Positions 53,932 through 63,077 of a DNA stretch of 64,000 bases are shown here, in pieces. Numbering within the stretch: position 1 is the stretch's first letter; each line of letters opens with the position of its first letter. Made by a program: the position numbers and the translations under genes. Source of the stretch: an uncultured Streptococcus sp. (lineage in GTDB: Bacteria; Bacillota; Bacilli; Lactobacillales; Aerococcaceae). The stretch is taken from NCBI GenBank assembly GCA_902479935.1, contig CABSQV010000008.1, positions 1,218 to 65,217 on the forward strand, in the 5' to 3' direction. Below the pieces are notes generated by a model. That model was not told where the DNA came from. It ran no database searches and saw only the letters and a program-made list of their open reading frames with translations.

Positions 53932-54891
53932 TTATTTTGGGATTTTTAATACCCATTGTTCTAATACTGCTTGCACTCCAACGTTGGCTCCTACTTTAGC
54001 AATGGCGTTGGTCATTTTTTCATGTTCTTTAATCCATTCACTCACGGTGAGATGATTTGCAAAACTCTTCATCGTTGCAAGTTTATCGCTTTGAATAATG
54101 GCTCCTTCGACTCCTCGTGCAACCAGCAAAGCATCACGGATATAAATTTGTAATAGCGTTAAAAACAGCTCACTATCAGCTTTTGTCGCTAAGAGTGGCA
54201 TCACTTGGGACTGAATCGTCACAAAGGCCATCGCACGATTCGTAAATACGCGGACAAACCAATTCCAGCTTTCTTGACGAATCTGTCCAAAACTTTCACT
54301 CTCGAGCATCTCTACTGCCTGGTCAATATTACTCGTCAATTGAGAAAGTAGCTGCGCTGTCGCATTCAGTACGCCGCGTTCTTTCAGCGTTGCAACAATA
54401 TTTTCTCCTGCATTCGATTGGAAACGAATAATCTGACAACGTGATTGAATCGTAATCAGAACCTTGCTGAGTTGCTCTGTTAGAAGAATGAAATGGATAT
54501 TTCCCGTTGGTTCTTCTAAAAACTTCAATAAGCTATTCGCAGCGCCTTGTGTCAACGTATCGACTGCGTGAATTACACAAACAATCGCACTCGACTCCAT
54601 CGCTGTTTTTGTCAACTGCGATTTCAACGTACGAATTTGGTCCACCTTCACCGTTGTACCTTCAGGTTCTACCACAATATAATCCGGGAAGTTCCCATGC
54701 TCAATTCTTGTGCAGTGTTCACACTCTCCGCATGCAGGCTCGCCTTTTTTTCGCTTCGTGCAGTTAAGCATCTTTGCGATTTCCTTGGCCATCTCCGCTT
54801 TCCCAATTCCCTTTGCTCCTTCAAACAAATAGGCATGGCTCAGATGACCATTATCGATGGCACGAATAAACGCTTCTTGCATCTTTTCCAT
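53932..54891 (-). CDS. holB: DNA polymerase III subunit delta'
   Basis: 319 aa. Motifs HAYLFEGAKGIGK and CGECEHC. Confidence 0.9.
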   Translation of the reverse strand: MEKMQEAFIRAIDNGHLSHAYLFEGAKGIGKAEMAKEIAKMLNCTKRKKGEPACGECEHCTRIEHGNFPDYIVVEPEGTTVKVDQIRTLKSQLTKTAMESSAIVCVIHAVDTLTQGAANSLLKFLEEPTGNIHFILLTEQLSKVLITIQSRCQIIRFQSNAGENIVATLKERGVLNATAQLLSQLTSNIDQAVEMLESESFGQIRQESWNWFVRVFTNRAMAFVTIQSQVMPLLATKADSELFLTLLQIYIRDALLVARGVEGAIIQSDKLATMKSFANHLTVSEWIKEHEKMTNAIAKVGANVGVQAVLEQWVLKIPK

Positions 54892-54892
54892 C

Positions 54893-55222
54893 TTAGAAAC
54901 GGAAGAATGAGTCTACAGGTAATACGAATACTGTAGCTCCACCTACACGAACTGGAACTGGAGTTGTTAGCGCGCTATCAAGCATGCTGTCGATATGCAC
55001 TGGTGGCACAGTCATTTGTTCACGTGATTGGCAGTTTTCTTTAATGATATCTAACGCTTCTTGTACACGTTCTTCTTCAATCCCGATGATGAAAGTAGTG
55101 TTTCCTGCACGTAAGAATCCACCTGTTGTTGATAAACGAGTTGCGCGAATATTTGCTTGTGCAAACTCATCTCCTAATAAATGTGCATCTTTATCTTGAA
55201 CAATCGCAATTAATAATTTCAT
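54893..55222 (-). CDS. darA: Cyclic-di-AMP receptor, PII-like (YaaQ/DarA/PstA)
   Basis: 109 aa starting MKLLIAIVQDKDA. Position between tmk and holB. Confidence 0.85.
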   Translation of the reverse strand: MKLLIAIVQDKDAHLLGDEFAQANIRATRLSTTGGFLRAGNTTFIIGIEEERVQEALDIIKENCQSREQMTVPPVHIDSMLDSALTTPVPVRVGGATVFVLPVDSFFRF

Positions 55223-55234
55223 GATTTCATTCTC

Positions 55235-55882
55235 CTATTTTGTAAAATATTTTGGGTAACGTTCCACTAAAACGCGGAAGCACTCTTCCACTACTTCTTC
55301 AATGGATTTTGTCGCATCAATCGATACAATTCTTTCTGGATATTTTTCTACTAATTCTAAATATCCATTGCGAACCATCGTATGGAAGCTTAACCCTTCT
55401 TGGTCTAAGCGGTCAAACTGACGGTTCCCTCTTGCTTTATGAATACGTTCCAATCCAACTTCAGCCGGCACATCTAAGTAAAGCGTCGTGCTTGGTTCTA
55501 AGCCATCTGTTGCAAAATGATTTAACTGTGCAACTTCTTCTACCCCAATCCCACGAGCAACTCCTTGATACACCAACGAGCTATCGACAAAACGATCACA
55601 AAAAACAATATTCCCTTTTTCTAAATTTGGTAAGATACGATCTTTTAAATGCTGGCGACGACCCGCTGCATATAAAATCGCTTCTGTTCTCTCGTCCATT
55701 TCTGTATTGTTCACATCCAGAATGACTTTTCGAATATCTTCAGCGATGCGGCTTCCACCAGGTTCTCTTGTTGAAACAATATCCACGAGCGCGTGTTTTT
55801 GTAACAAAGGAATCAGTTGGTTGATGACCGTTGTTTTCCCAGCGCCATCAGGACCTTCCATCGTGATAAACAATCCTTTCAT
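55235..55882 (-). CDS. tmk: Thymidylate kinase
   Basis: Start at ATG 55882 (MKGLFITMEGPDGAGKTT) after a GGGGGA RBS. Confidence 0.95.
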   Translation of the reverse strand: MKGLFITMEGPDGAGKTTVINQLIPLLQKHALVDIVSTREPGGSRIAEDIRKVILDVNNTEMDERTEAILYAAGRRQHLKDRILPNLEKGNIVFCDRFVDSSLVYQGVARGIGVEEVAQLNHFATDGLEPSTTLYLDVPAEVGLERIHKARGNRQFDRLDQEGLSFHTMVRNGYLELVEKYPERIVSIDATKSIEEVVEECFRVLVERYPKYFTK

Positions 55883-56138
55883 ATTATCCCCCATTCCTTT
55901 CAATTTCTTTTCTATTATACGATATTTTCATCTTTTAATAAACCAAATTCCTATAAGAAATTTCACCAATTTCTCCTCACTCTCTTTCCTCGCAGAACAC
56001 AACATTTAAAGATGCTCTGTGATACGAAAAGACTCGTCTGCACCAAATCCCTCTATCCCCTCCTACCCTCCCTTTTCCTTTGCATAACACAATATTAAAA
56101 AATAGCACAGTGATTACGAAGAAGACTTGTCGGGTTCT

Positions 56139-56270
56139 TATAGTAGCAGTAATGGGAATTAGGATCAAAGGTGAATTAACAGGAGTTAGGAATTTATTCC
56201 TTACTCCTGTTTTGAACTTTGAAGGCGAGAGACTCCAGGCTCGAGCCGGTCCCTCATTACAGCTACTATA
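56139..56270 (-). repeat. Structured intergenic repeat, copy 7 (reverse orientation)
   Basis: The reverse complement gives accggctcgagcctggagtctctcgcc, ttcaaagttcaaa, acaggagtaagga..tcctaactcctgt, taattc. Closing stem tatagtagcagtaatggg / ccctcattacagctactata. Confidence 0.9.
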
Positions 56271-56350
56271 AAACGAACTCACAAATCTTCGCAGTAATCA
56301 CAAACCTTTGGTTTGCATTATTTATTTTTAAATATTGTGCCCATGCAAAC

Positions 56351-56388
56351 AGGAACAGGGGCTTGTTGGTAAACAAGCCCCTGTTCCT
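56351..56388 (-). terminator. Terminator of the GNB/LNB operon
   Basis: 17-bp perfect stem aggaacaggggcttgtt / aacaagcccctgttcct. Confidence 0.75.
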
Positions 56389-56400
56389 AGTTAAGTTTTA

Positions 56401-56583
56401 TTAACGCTTCATCGATTTAGAGTACGGACGATTGTAATCCCATAGCAAGAGAAGTAATCCAGCTAAGCCAACAAGCATTGTTGCAACGCCTTCTTTGCCA
56501 ATCATCTGATGCCCCAAAATAACTACATATAAGAATACCAACATCAATACGACGCGGATCCAAATTTTCACTTTAGGATTCAT
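56401..56583 (-). CDS. Small two-TM membrane protein, unknown function
   Basis: ATG at 56583 forms an ATGA overlap with the GH112 stop. 60 aa, hydrophobic (IWIRVVLMLVFLYVVILG... LVGLAGLLLLLW). Confidence 0.45.
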   Translation of the reverse strand: MNPKVKIWIRVVLMLVFLYVVILGHQMIGKEGVATMLVGLAGLLLLLWDYNRPYSKSMKR

Positions 56584-58820
56584 GATATCTTCTCCCATCT
56601 AATTTCGCTTGGCTCAAGTTCCACAGTTCTTGATACACCTGCTCCATCATAAACGAGTGTTGATTGCAATTCGTTCGTATTATTCACGATTGCATACACT
56701 CCTTTTTCAGGATAAGCATGTACTTCCACTAATGGATTGCTTGCATACCATTTTGTTAATTCACTTTCTTTATTCGCTGCGTAGAATAACGCACGCATTA
56801 ATAATCTTGTATTTTCTGGTGTGTATGGAAGTCCTGCAATGTAAACCCCACGACCTTTTCCGTAAGGGTTGGCTGCAAGATGGATTTCCCCGAATTCTTT
56901 TCCTTCGGCATTGGCTGGAAGAACGATTCCTTCTTCAACGCCACCTGCGCTTACTTTCGGATTGCTAAATTCAAGTACTTCTGTTGCACTCGTTAAGCCA
57001 TACACGTTTTTAATATTTTCCCCAAAGTCAATCTTATGAACATCTTCAATATCTTCGATAATAAAGTGTTCTTTCAATTCTTTTGTAAAGTATTTATCTG
57101 TTGAAAGGCTATATCCCATTTCTCTTTCAACACCCAAAATATCTCCAAGTTGGAAGAATCTTCCTTGATGATGAACGGCTGTTGGTTCCCCAACTCCGAC
57201 AAATCCGCCGCCGTTATACACAAATTCACGAATACGTGTAATAAGCGTTTCATTCTTCCAAACCTCTCCACCGCTAAATGAAGTACCGGCATCCCCCGCG
57301 TTGATGATGACATCGACACCTTCTGGAACTCCATCTTTAATAATATCGTCAAAGCTGATAAAGCTTACGTCCACACTTGCACCACTTAAGGCTTCCATAA
57401 TTCCAAGGTAAGAATAAATTTGTTTGTATGGAAGTTCATGGGCAACCATGTGTGCTTGCCAAGTTCTTAAGCGTCCCCACGCGTTTAAGATGGCAACTTT
57501 CAAACCAGTATATGGTTTTGTATGTTTTACGATATCGTAGATTTCTCTAAATTCATCTGTTACATGCTCGATGTAGTCGACAAATTTAGGGAATTTGTAT
57601 GCAAGACTTAAATAACCACCATAACCGATACGGTCTACAGGGTTACGCATGATGGCACGTCTTGCAGATAACCAGTTTTTATTGGCTTCAATCGTAGGAT
57701 CATTTCCTTCACGGAATACATCTGGGAAGAAGTACGGTAAGAATCTTCCTTCTGTGTATTTTACGTGTGGAATATCTGAAATCATACGAAGTGTTGCTCC
57801 GCCGCCGACAGAACCCACTACTGCATCTAAACCGATTTGTTCGAAGTATGGTCCATATGGCTCTGTACCAATCCAGTTATCTCCTAAGAACATCATAGCT
57901 TCTTTACCAGCATCGTGTACTTCGTCGACTAATTTTTTAGCTTCTCTTGCAACGAATGCTTGAATGAAGTCGATATAATCTAAGTACGCTTTACTTGGTG
58001 TGCGGAATGTTGAGTTATAGTACCCTTCATCCACAATGTCTTCTGCTCTTAAGCGATAGCCTTTTTCCTTGGCAAAAGCTTCTAGTGCCGCTACTGAAAC
58101 GCTGGCACCATATCCGAACCAGTCCACAAATTTTTCTTTTCCTAAGTTGTTGAAAATTAATGTGAAGTGATAGAAGAACGTTGTAAAACGAACCACATCA
58201 GTATCCGGATTGTCTTTTAACCATTGTTTTAAATAAGAGTGCATGAATTGATTTGAATGAGGTCCACGTACATCAAATGGAATATCGTGAGGAACATCGC
58301 CCCAGTTATTCGTAATATGATTGTACATTTGAGTTGGATCCCAAATCGCATACACTAGAAACGACACTGTATACTCATGGAAAGGACGAGTGCCTTCAAT
58401 CGTAATCGTGTTGTTTTCTTCATGGACAGTCCATTTCTCAACCGGAACTACTTCTCCAGTAGTACGGTCGATGACTTCCCAATATCTTTTTGGATCATGT
58501 ACATAGTCTGGTTGCACTTGGTCTTCGAAGTAGCCTTCCATAAATGGAATTGTTAGCGTATCTTCTGTTGCTAACCAGAATTTTGACATGACGAAAATTT
58601 GTTGGCACTCTTCCATATAATCTTTGATGAAATCATTATGGTTACGTGCTACAAAGTAGGTTGTATAGATTTTTGCATCTAATTGTTTGGTTGCTTCATC
58701 GAGTTTCGTTCCATCGCTATCACGAATTGCATCCGCACCCCAACGGTCGAGCAATTCTTTAGTCTGTTCAAGAAAATTCGATTCACTTGGTAGGGTTAAA
58801 CGCCCTTTTGTTTTACCCAT
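56580..58820 (-). CDS. lnpA: 1,3-beta-galactosyl-N-acetylhexosamine phosphorylase (GNB/LNB phosphorylase, GH112)
   Basis: 746 aa. From memory, it is collinear with Bifidobacterium LnpA (GRLTLPSE.NF...WGADAIRDSDGT..., VVRFTTFFY, EAMMFLGDNWIGTEPY, YTEGRFLPYFFPD). Confidence 0.93.
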   Translation of the reverse strand: MGKTKGRLTLPSESNFLEQTKELLDRWGADAIRDSDGTKLDEATKQLDAKIYTTYFVARNHNDFIKDYMEECQQIFVMSKFWLATEDTLTIPFMEGYFEDQVQPDYVHDPKRYWEVIDRTTGEVVPVEKWTVHEENNTITIEGTRPFHEYTVSFLVYAIWDPTQMYNHITNNWGDVPHDIPFDVRGPHSNQFMHSYLKQWLKDNPDTDVVRFTTFFYHFTLIFNNLGKEKFVDWFGYGASVSVAALEAFAKEKGYRLRAEDIVDEGYYNSTFRTPSKAYLDYIDFIQAFVAREAKKLVDEVHDAGKEAMMFLGDNWIGTEPYGPYFEQIGLDAVVGSVGGGATLRMISDIPHVKYTEGRFLPYFFPDVFREGNDPTIEANKNWLSARRAIMRNPVDRIGYGGYLSLAYKFPKFVDYIEHVTDEFREIYDIVKHTKPYTGLKVAILNAWGRLRTWQAHMVAHELPYKQIYSYLGIMEALSGASVDVSFISFDDIIKDGVPEGVDVIINAGDAGTSFSGGEVWKNETLITRIREFVYNGGGFVGVGEPTAVHHQGRFFQLGDILGVEREMGYSLSTDKYFTKELKEHFIIEDIEDVHKIDFGENIKNVYGLTSATEVLEFSNPKVSAGGVEEGIVLPANAEGKEFGEIHLAANPYGKGRGVYIAGLPYTPENTRLLMRALFYAANKESELTKWYASNPLVEVHAYPEKGVYAIVNNTNELQSTLVYDGAGVSRTVELEPSEIRWEKIS

Positions 58821-58843
58821 TTTCTTTCCTCCTGCGATGACGA

Positions 58844-59722
58844 TTACTCTTTAGAGCCGCCTAGTGTCATCCCTTGTGTTAGTTTATTTTGAACAAGAAT
58901 GTATAGAATTAATGTTGGTAACATTACTAATACCATCCCTGCGTATAATTGTCCGTATTCAGCTGCTCCACGTTGCGCTTGAATTAAGTTTTTCAACCCT
59001 ACTGGTAAAGTTTGGTTTTTACCTGGCATTAATGTAAGAGCGATGATGTATTCATTCCAGAATGAGAGGAAGTTGAATAAGATTACTGTGATAATACTTG
59101 GTCTCGCCATTGGTGTCATTACGCGGATCATTGTTGTAAAATATCCTGCACCGTCGATAGATGCTGCTTCTTCAAACGTTGTTGGCAATGTCTTGAAGAA
59201 GTTTGATAATAGATAAATCGTAAATGGTAATGATGTCGCTGCATACACAACCGCTAAGACGAAAATGTTGTTCAAGAAGAATCCGTTAATGCCGAATCCT
59301 TTTAGTCCTTTATCCCAGTCGAGTAACATTAAGAAGATTGGTACAACGATATAGTTTACGTTGATGAATAATCCACCTTTTAGTAAAGAGTTAATGAAAC
59401 GACTTCCTGGGAATTTGTAACGTGCTAATACGTATGAAGAAGGAATGGCTACAACTACTAAGATTGTTAACGCTAGTGCTGTAACAATCACTGAGTTCAA
59501 CATGTAGTCACCCATTTTTGCTTTATTCCAAGCATCCACAAAGTTTTGGATGTAGAATCCTTCCGGCATTGTCCATGGAGATCCGTAGAACTCTCTATTC
59601 TCTTTAACAGAAGCTAAGAAGACCCAGCCCACTGGTACAATAATACTAATCGCTAATGTAATCAGCGCTACGTATATAAAAGCTTTATACAGCTTTTCGA
59701 ATGAACGAGTATTTCCTTTCAT
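58844..59722 (-). CDS. Carbohydrate ABC transporter permease
   Basis: 292 aa, 6 TM helices, with the EAA-type loop (EAASIDGAGYFTTMIRVMTPMARP). Confidence 0.9.
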   Translation of the reverse strand: MKGNTRSFEKLYKAFIYVALITLAISIIVPVGWVFLASVKENREFYGSPWTMPEGFYIQNFVDAWNKAKMGDYMLNSVIVTALALTILVVVAIPSSYVLARYKFPGSRFINSLLKGGLFINVNYIVVPIFLMLLDWDKGLKGFGINGFFLNNIFVLAVVYAATSLPFTIYLLSNFFKTLPTTFEEAASIDGAGYFTTMIRVMTPMARPSIITVILFNFLSFWNEYIIALTLMPGKNQTLPVGLKNLIQAQRGAAEYGQLYAGMVLVMLPTLILYILVQNKLTQGMTLGGSKE

Positions 59723-59733
59723 GATCTCCCCTC

Positions 59734-60618
59734 CTAGTATTCAAGAATATCGCGTTTCGTAATATGACTTACGATACCTGATAATCCGAATGAGAATATA
59801 AAGATAACTACACCGATTGCCATACCGTATCCGTATGAAGAGTTTGTATAAGCTTGTTTGAACATGTAGCTTAAGAACACTTCAGTTGATCCGTCTGGTC
59901 CACCGTCTGTCAAGATTTGTACAAGTAAGAAACTTAAGTTAATCGTACTGATAATGAAGAATGTTAATGTTGTACGAATACTATTCCAAATCAATGGTAA
60001 TGTAACGTTGAAGAATTTACCGATTTTCCCAGCTCCATCAAGGTCAGCTGCTTCATACAAGCTTGCTGGAATATTCGCCATCCCTGCCATATACATAACC
60101 ATGTAGTACCCAATCGCTTGCCAAATTAATGCGAATGCAAGTGAGTAAATAACAATACTTTGATCACCCAGCCATAATTTATTCCATGCTTCTGGTAATA
60201 CAGCATTTAAAAGTCCAGCTTTTGGATCATAAATTGCTGAGAAAATACCTGCAATAACTACGATTGATAAAATATTAGGGATGTAGAAAATAATTCTGAA
60301 GAAGTTGTTTCCGCGAATCTTTTCTGTTGAAAGGATTGCCGCGAAAAGAACTGCCAATACTACTGTAAAGAGTGTTACCACTACGATTAGTAAGATTGTG
60401 TTCTGAATCGTTCTAAAGAAATTTTCATCTTGCCATAAGATTTTAAAGTTATCTAATCCAACAAATTGTTGATTGTTTGAGAATCCGCCCCATTTGAACA
60501 TGGACATGCGGAATACTTGGATCGTTGGGTAAATTAAAAACGTAAAGAATAAAATTAGTGCAGGTAATAGACACACGAGAATAAATAAATTTCTCTCTCT
60601 TTTTCTACGATTTTTCAT
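59734..60618 (-). CDS. Carbohydrate ABC transporter permease
   Basis: 294 aa with the EAA loop (EAADLDGAGKIGKFFNVTLPL). Confidence 0.9.
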   Translation of the reverse strand: MKNRRKRERNLFILVCLLPALILFFTFLIYPTIQVFRMSMFKWGGFSNNQQFVGLDNFKILWQDENFFRTIQNTILLIVVVTLFTVVLAVLFAAILSTEKIRGNNFFRIIFYIPNILSIVVIAGIFSAIYDPKAGLLNAVLPEAWNKLWLGDQSIVIYSLAFALIWQAIGYYMVMYMAGMANIPASLYEAADLDGAGKIGKFFNVTLPLIWNSIRTTLTFFIISTINLSFLLVQILTDGGPDGSTEVFLSYMFKQAYTNSSYGYGMAIGVVIFIFSFGLSGIVSHITKRDILEY

Positions 60619-60728
60619 CGTTCTGCCCTCTTTCGACCATTTTTAGATAAAATGAGAGTGGGCGGAAGGAATTTTCATCCTCGAAAATCGCTTCGCATCC
60701 CACTCTTATTTAATTCATTCTATTTGAA

Positions 60729-62081
60729 TTATTCAACTGCTGCTTTTAGTTTTTGGCTAACTTCTTCTACAGATTTTTGCCATTCAGCAACTGTTTTTTG
60801 ACCAGATGCTACAGAGTCGATTTGACCATATAATGTGTCTTTCATGCTTACGCCTTCAACAGGTTTAGTAGCTACGAAGTTACCATTGATTACGCCATCA
60901 ACTTCATCTACAACTTTGTATAATGATTTCAATTCATCAGGTAACTTAGCTGTTACACCTTTAATTGGTTGAGCTGCGTTGTATTTAGCAAAGATTTCTG
61001 CTGCTTTGTCAGAGTATAAGAATGATAAGAATTCTTTAGCTGCTTCTTGGTTCTTAGATTCTTTTGGAACCCAGATGTGTTCGAAGAATGAGTAAACATA
61101 ACGTTTGCCACCTTTTTCGATTGCTGGTGCAGCTGTCATAGACCATTTGAATCCTTCTGCACGAGGTGCTTTAGCCATTTCCCCAACTACCCAAGTACCG
61201 TTTGGCATGAATAAAGCTTTGTTGTCTAAGATTAATTGTTGGTTCTTAGTGAAGCTTTGTGGGTTTGCGTTTGCTACTGTTGAAGGTTCAACGTTTTGTA
61301 AGAATGTTCCTAATGCTTCAAAAGCTTTAGTTGCGCCTTCAGAAGTGAATGCTCCTGTGTCATATTTCATTGCTTTGTTGAATAAATCAACGCCTCCAGC
61401 GTTTGCTAATAATGCTGGGAAGAAGCTATCTAAGTATCCAGATACTGGATAAGTGAATAATGAAATGCCATCTTTCTTAGCTTTTTCAGCTAATTCTTTC
61501 ATACCAGGCATATCTTTTGGAACTTCCCAACCTTTAGATTTGAATAACGCTTCGTTGTAGAATAATCCTGTTGGAGCGTAGAACATTGGTGCTAAGTAGT
61601 GTTTTCCGTCTCCGTAAGGGTCAGTTACTGTTGTTCCTAATACGTTGTTTAATAATTTTTCAGATACTTTTTTGTCTTCGCCGTAAACTTTCATATCGAA
61701 TAATCCAGTTAAGTCAGCTAAAGCTTTTTCTTTAATTAATGTTTCTGGTAAAGCTTTTTTACGTCCTAAAGCTAACATTACGATATCTGGGTAATCGCCA
61801 GCTTTCATTTGAGGCGTAATTTTATCTTCGATTTCCTTATCTTGAGTCAATTCCACTTTAACGTTTGGATTTGCCTCTTCATAAGCTTTGATGATTGCTG
61901 GCCACATTTCTGCGCCGTAACCACTTTCTAAGGCAGCTAATTTAAGAGTAACTTTCTCTTTAGAAGCTCCTTGTTGAGTAGTTGAATCTGTCTTACTAGT
62001 GCTGTTGCTATTATTTCCGCAAGCTGCTAAAGATACAGCTGCTAATAATGCTGCGCTTGATAGTAATACTTTCTTTTTCAT
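60729..62081 (-). CDS. Sugar ABC transporter substrate-binding lipoprotein
   Basis: 450 aa. Lipoprotein signal (AAVSLAACGNN). Family 1 solute-binding protein. Confidence 0.9.
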   Translation of the reverse strand: MKKKVLLSSAALLAAVSLAACGNNSNSTSKTDSTTQQGASKEKVTLKLAALESGYGAEMWPAIIKAYEEANPNVKVELTQDKEIEDKITPQMKAGDYPDIVMLALGRKKALPETLIKEKALADLTGLFDMKVYGEDKKVSEKLLNNVLGTTVTDPYGDGKHYLAPMFYAPTGLFYNEALFKSKGWEVPKDMPGMKELAEKAKKDGISLFTYPVSGYLDSFFPALLANAGGVDLFNKAMKYDTGAFTSEGATKAFEALGTFLQNVEPSTVANANPQSFTKNQQLILDNKALFMPNGTWVVGEMAKAPRAEGFKWSMTAAPAIEKGGKRYVYSFFEHIWVPKESKNQEAAKEFLSFLYSDKAAEIFAKYNAAQPIKGVTAKLPDELKSLYKVVDEVDGVINGNFVATKPVEGVSMKDTLYGQIDSVASGQKTVAEWQKSVEEVSQKLKAAVE

Positions 62082-62189
62082 GTTGTCTCCCCCTAGTTCT
62101 ATTACTTTTTAAGACACTTTTAGTTTACAACGAAAAAACCGCTTTCACAATAACTATTTTGCTTTTGACTTGTACTATTTTGCTCTCTT

Positions 62190-62203
62190 TGGAAACGGTA
62201 TCA
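62190..62203 (-). promoter_or_regulatory. Candidate catabolite-responsive element (cre) upstream of the GNB/LNB transporter operon
   Basis: TGGAAACGGTATCA against the consensus TGWAANCGNTNWCA gives one mismatch. A weaker second site, TGAAAGCGGTTTTT on the minus strand, lies near 62142..62155. Confidence 0.45.
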
Positions 62204-62227
62204 TCTTTCATTATTTTAATAAAGCGC

Positions 62228-62269
62228 TAAAAAACCTATCTACAAAAGGATTTCTCGTGTAGATAGGTT
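62228..62269 (-). terminator. Terminator after the YczE-like gene
   Basis: Stem aacctatctaca / tgtagataggtt, followed by a T-run on the minus strand. Confidence 0.75.
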
Positions 62270-62283
62270 TCATTTTGTTTATT

Positions 62284-62892
62284 TTATTTAATTGGTAAAA
62301 ATTTTTTCAAAATCACCATTGTTTGGTCCATGATAATTCCACTAATTAATAATGACACTACAGGTCCAATCGTTGGCCATTGCCCTAAAATTGCCGCTGT
62401 GATGACACAGCTCGCATCGATGAAGAACTTATTTTTAGGGATTGATGTTTTGAATTTTTCATGTAAGGCTAGCGTTGCAGCAATGTAAGGTCCCACTCCA
62501 AGTTCTGCTAAAGCATACACTGCACATCCCATGGCGATTAAAGCAATCCCTACAACCATGGCCACTACTTTTACGGCTATATCCATTTCGGCGAGAGCGC
62601 TAAAGTCGAACAGGTTAATAAAGAAACTTTGCAAGAACATCCCTACAACTGTCCCAAATCCAATATAGCGCCAGTTGATGCTCAGCGTAATCGCAAGAAA
62701 TACAAGTGAAACGATAATATTACTTGTTCCCATATCTACACCAAATGTGCGATTTAATCCTTCCCACACAAGAACCACAACGTCCGCTCCTAGTGTACTA
62801 GAGCCCGCCATCTTCGCGCCGAGTCCGATTAAGAAACAGGCGATGACCAGTAACATTAATCGAAGTTTTAAATAATCTGTTTTCAATCTCAT
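62284..62892 (-). CDS. Integral membrane protein (YczE-like), start uncertain
   Basis: About 200 aa with 5-6 TM helices. The track start at 62925 overlaps the upstream small ORF. ATG 62892 or TTG 62886 after AAGGAG is more likely. Confidence 0.6.
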   Translation of the reverse strand: MRLKTDYLKLRLMLLVIACFLIGLGAKMAGSSTLGADVVVLVWEGLNRTFGVDMGTSNIIVSLVFLAITLSINWRYIGFGTVVGMFLQSFFINLFDFSALAEMDIAVKVVAMVVGIALIAMGCAVYALAELGVGPYIAATLALHEKFKTSIPKNKFFIDASCVITAAILGQWPTIGPVVSLLISGIIMDQTMVILKKFLPIK

Positions 62893-62897
62893 TCTCC

Positions 62898-63077
62898 TTA
62901 TTTGGCCCAGTTCTCTGGACTCCACATCCGTCCATCCAGCTCACCATGTGCTTGTTCAATTCGTTTTGCTTGTTCTAATAGAAGAGTTTTTGCAGCTACA
63001 AGCAATGCGCGTTCTTTATAGTCTTTTGCTTCGCCAATCCATGCATCGAGCAACTGGATTTTCTCAATAATCTCCAT
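62898..63077 (-). CDS. Small hypothetical protein (59 aa), not in the ORF track
   Basis: GGAGGAG RBS followed by ATG at 63077. My translation is MEIIEKIQLLDAWIGEAKDYKERALLVAAKTLLLEQAKRIEQAHGELDGRMWSPENWAK. It overlaps the stop of the upstream gene by 14 nt. Confidence 0.4.
   Translation of the reverse strand: MEIIEKIQLLDAWIGEAKDYKERALLVAAKTLLLEQAKRIEQAHGELDGRMWSPENWAK

Noticed and set aside
50345-62081. Possibility that the sulfatase and GNB/LNB clusters form a mobile genomic island.
   Set aside because: No integrase, transposase, conjugation gene, tRNA border or direct-repeat att sites are visible. Only the structured repeats flank them, so I report a synteny break rather than a mobile element.
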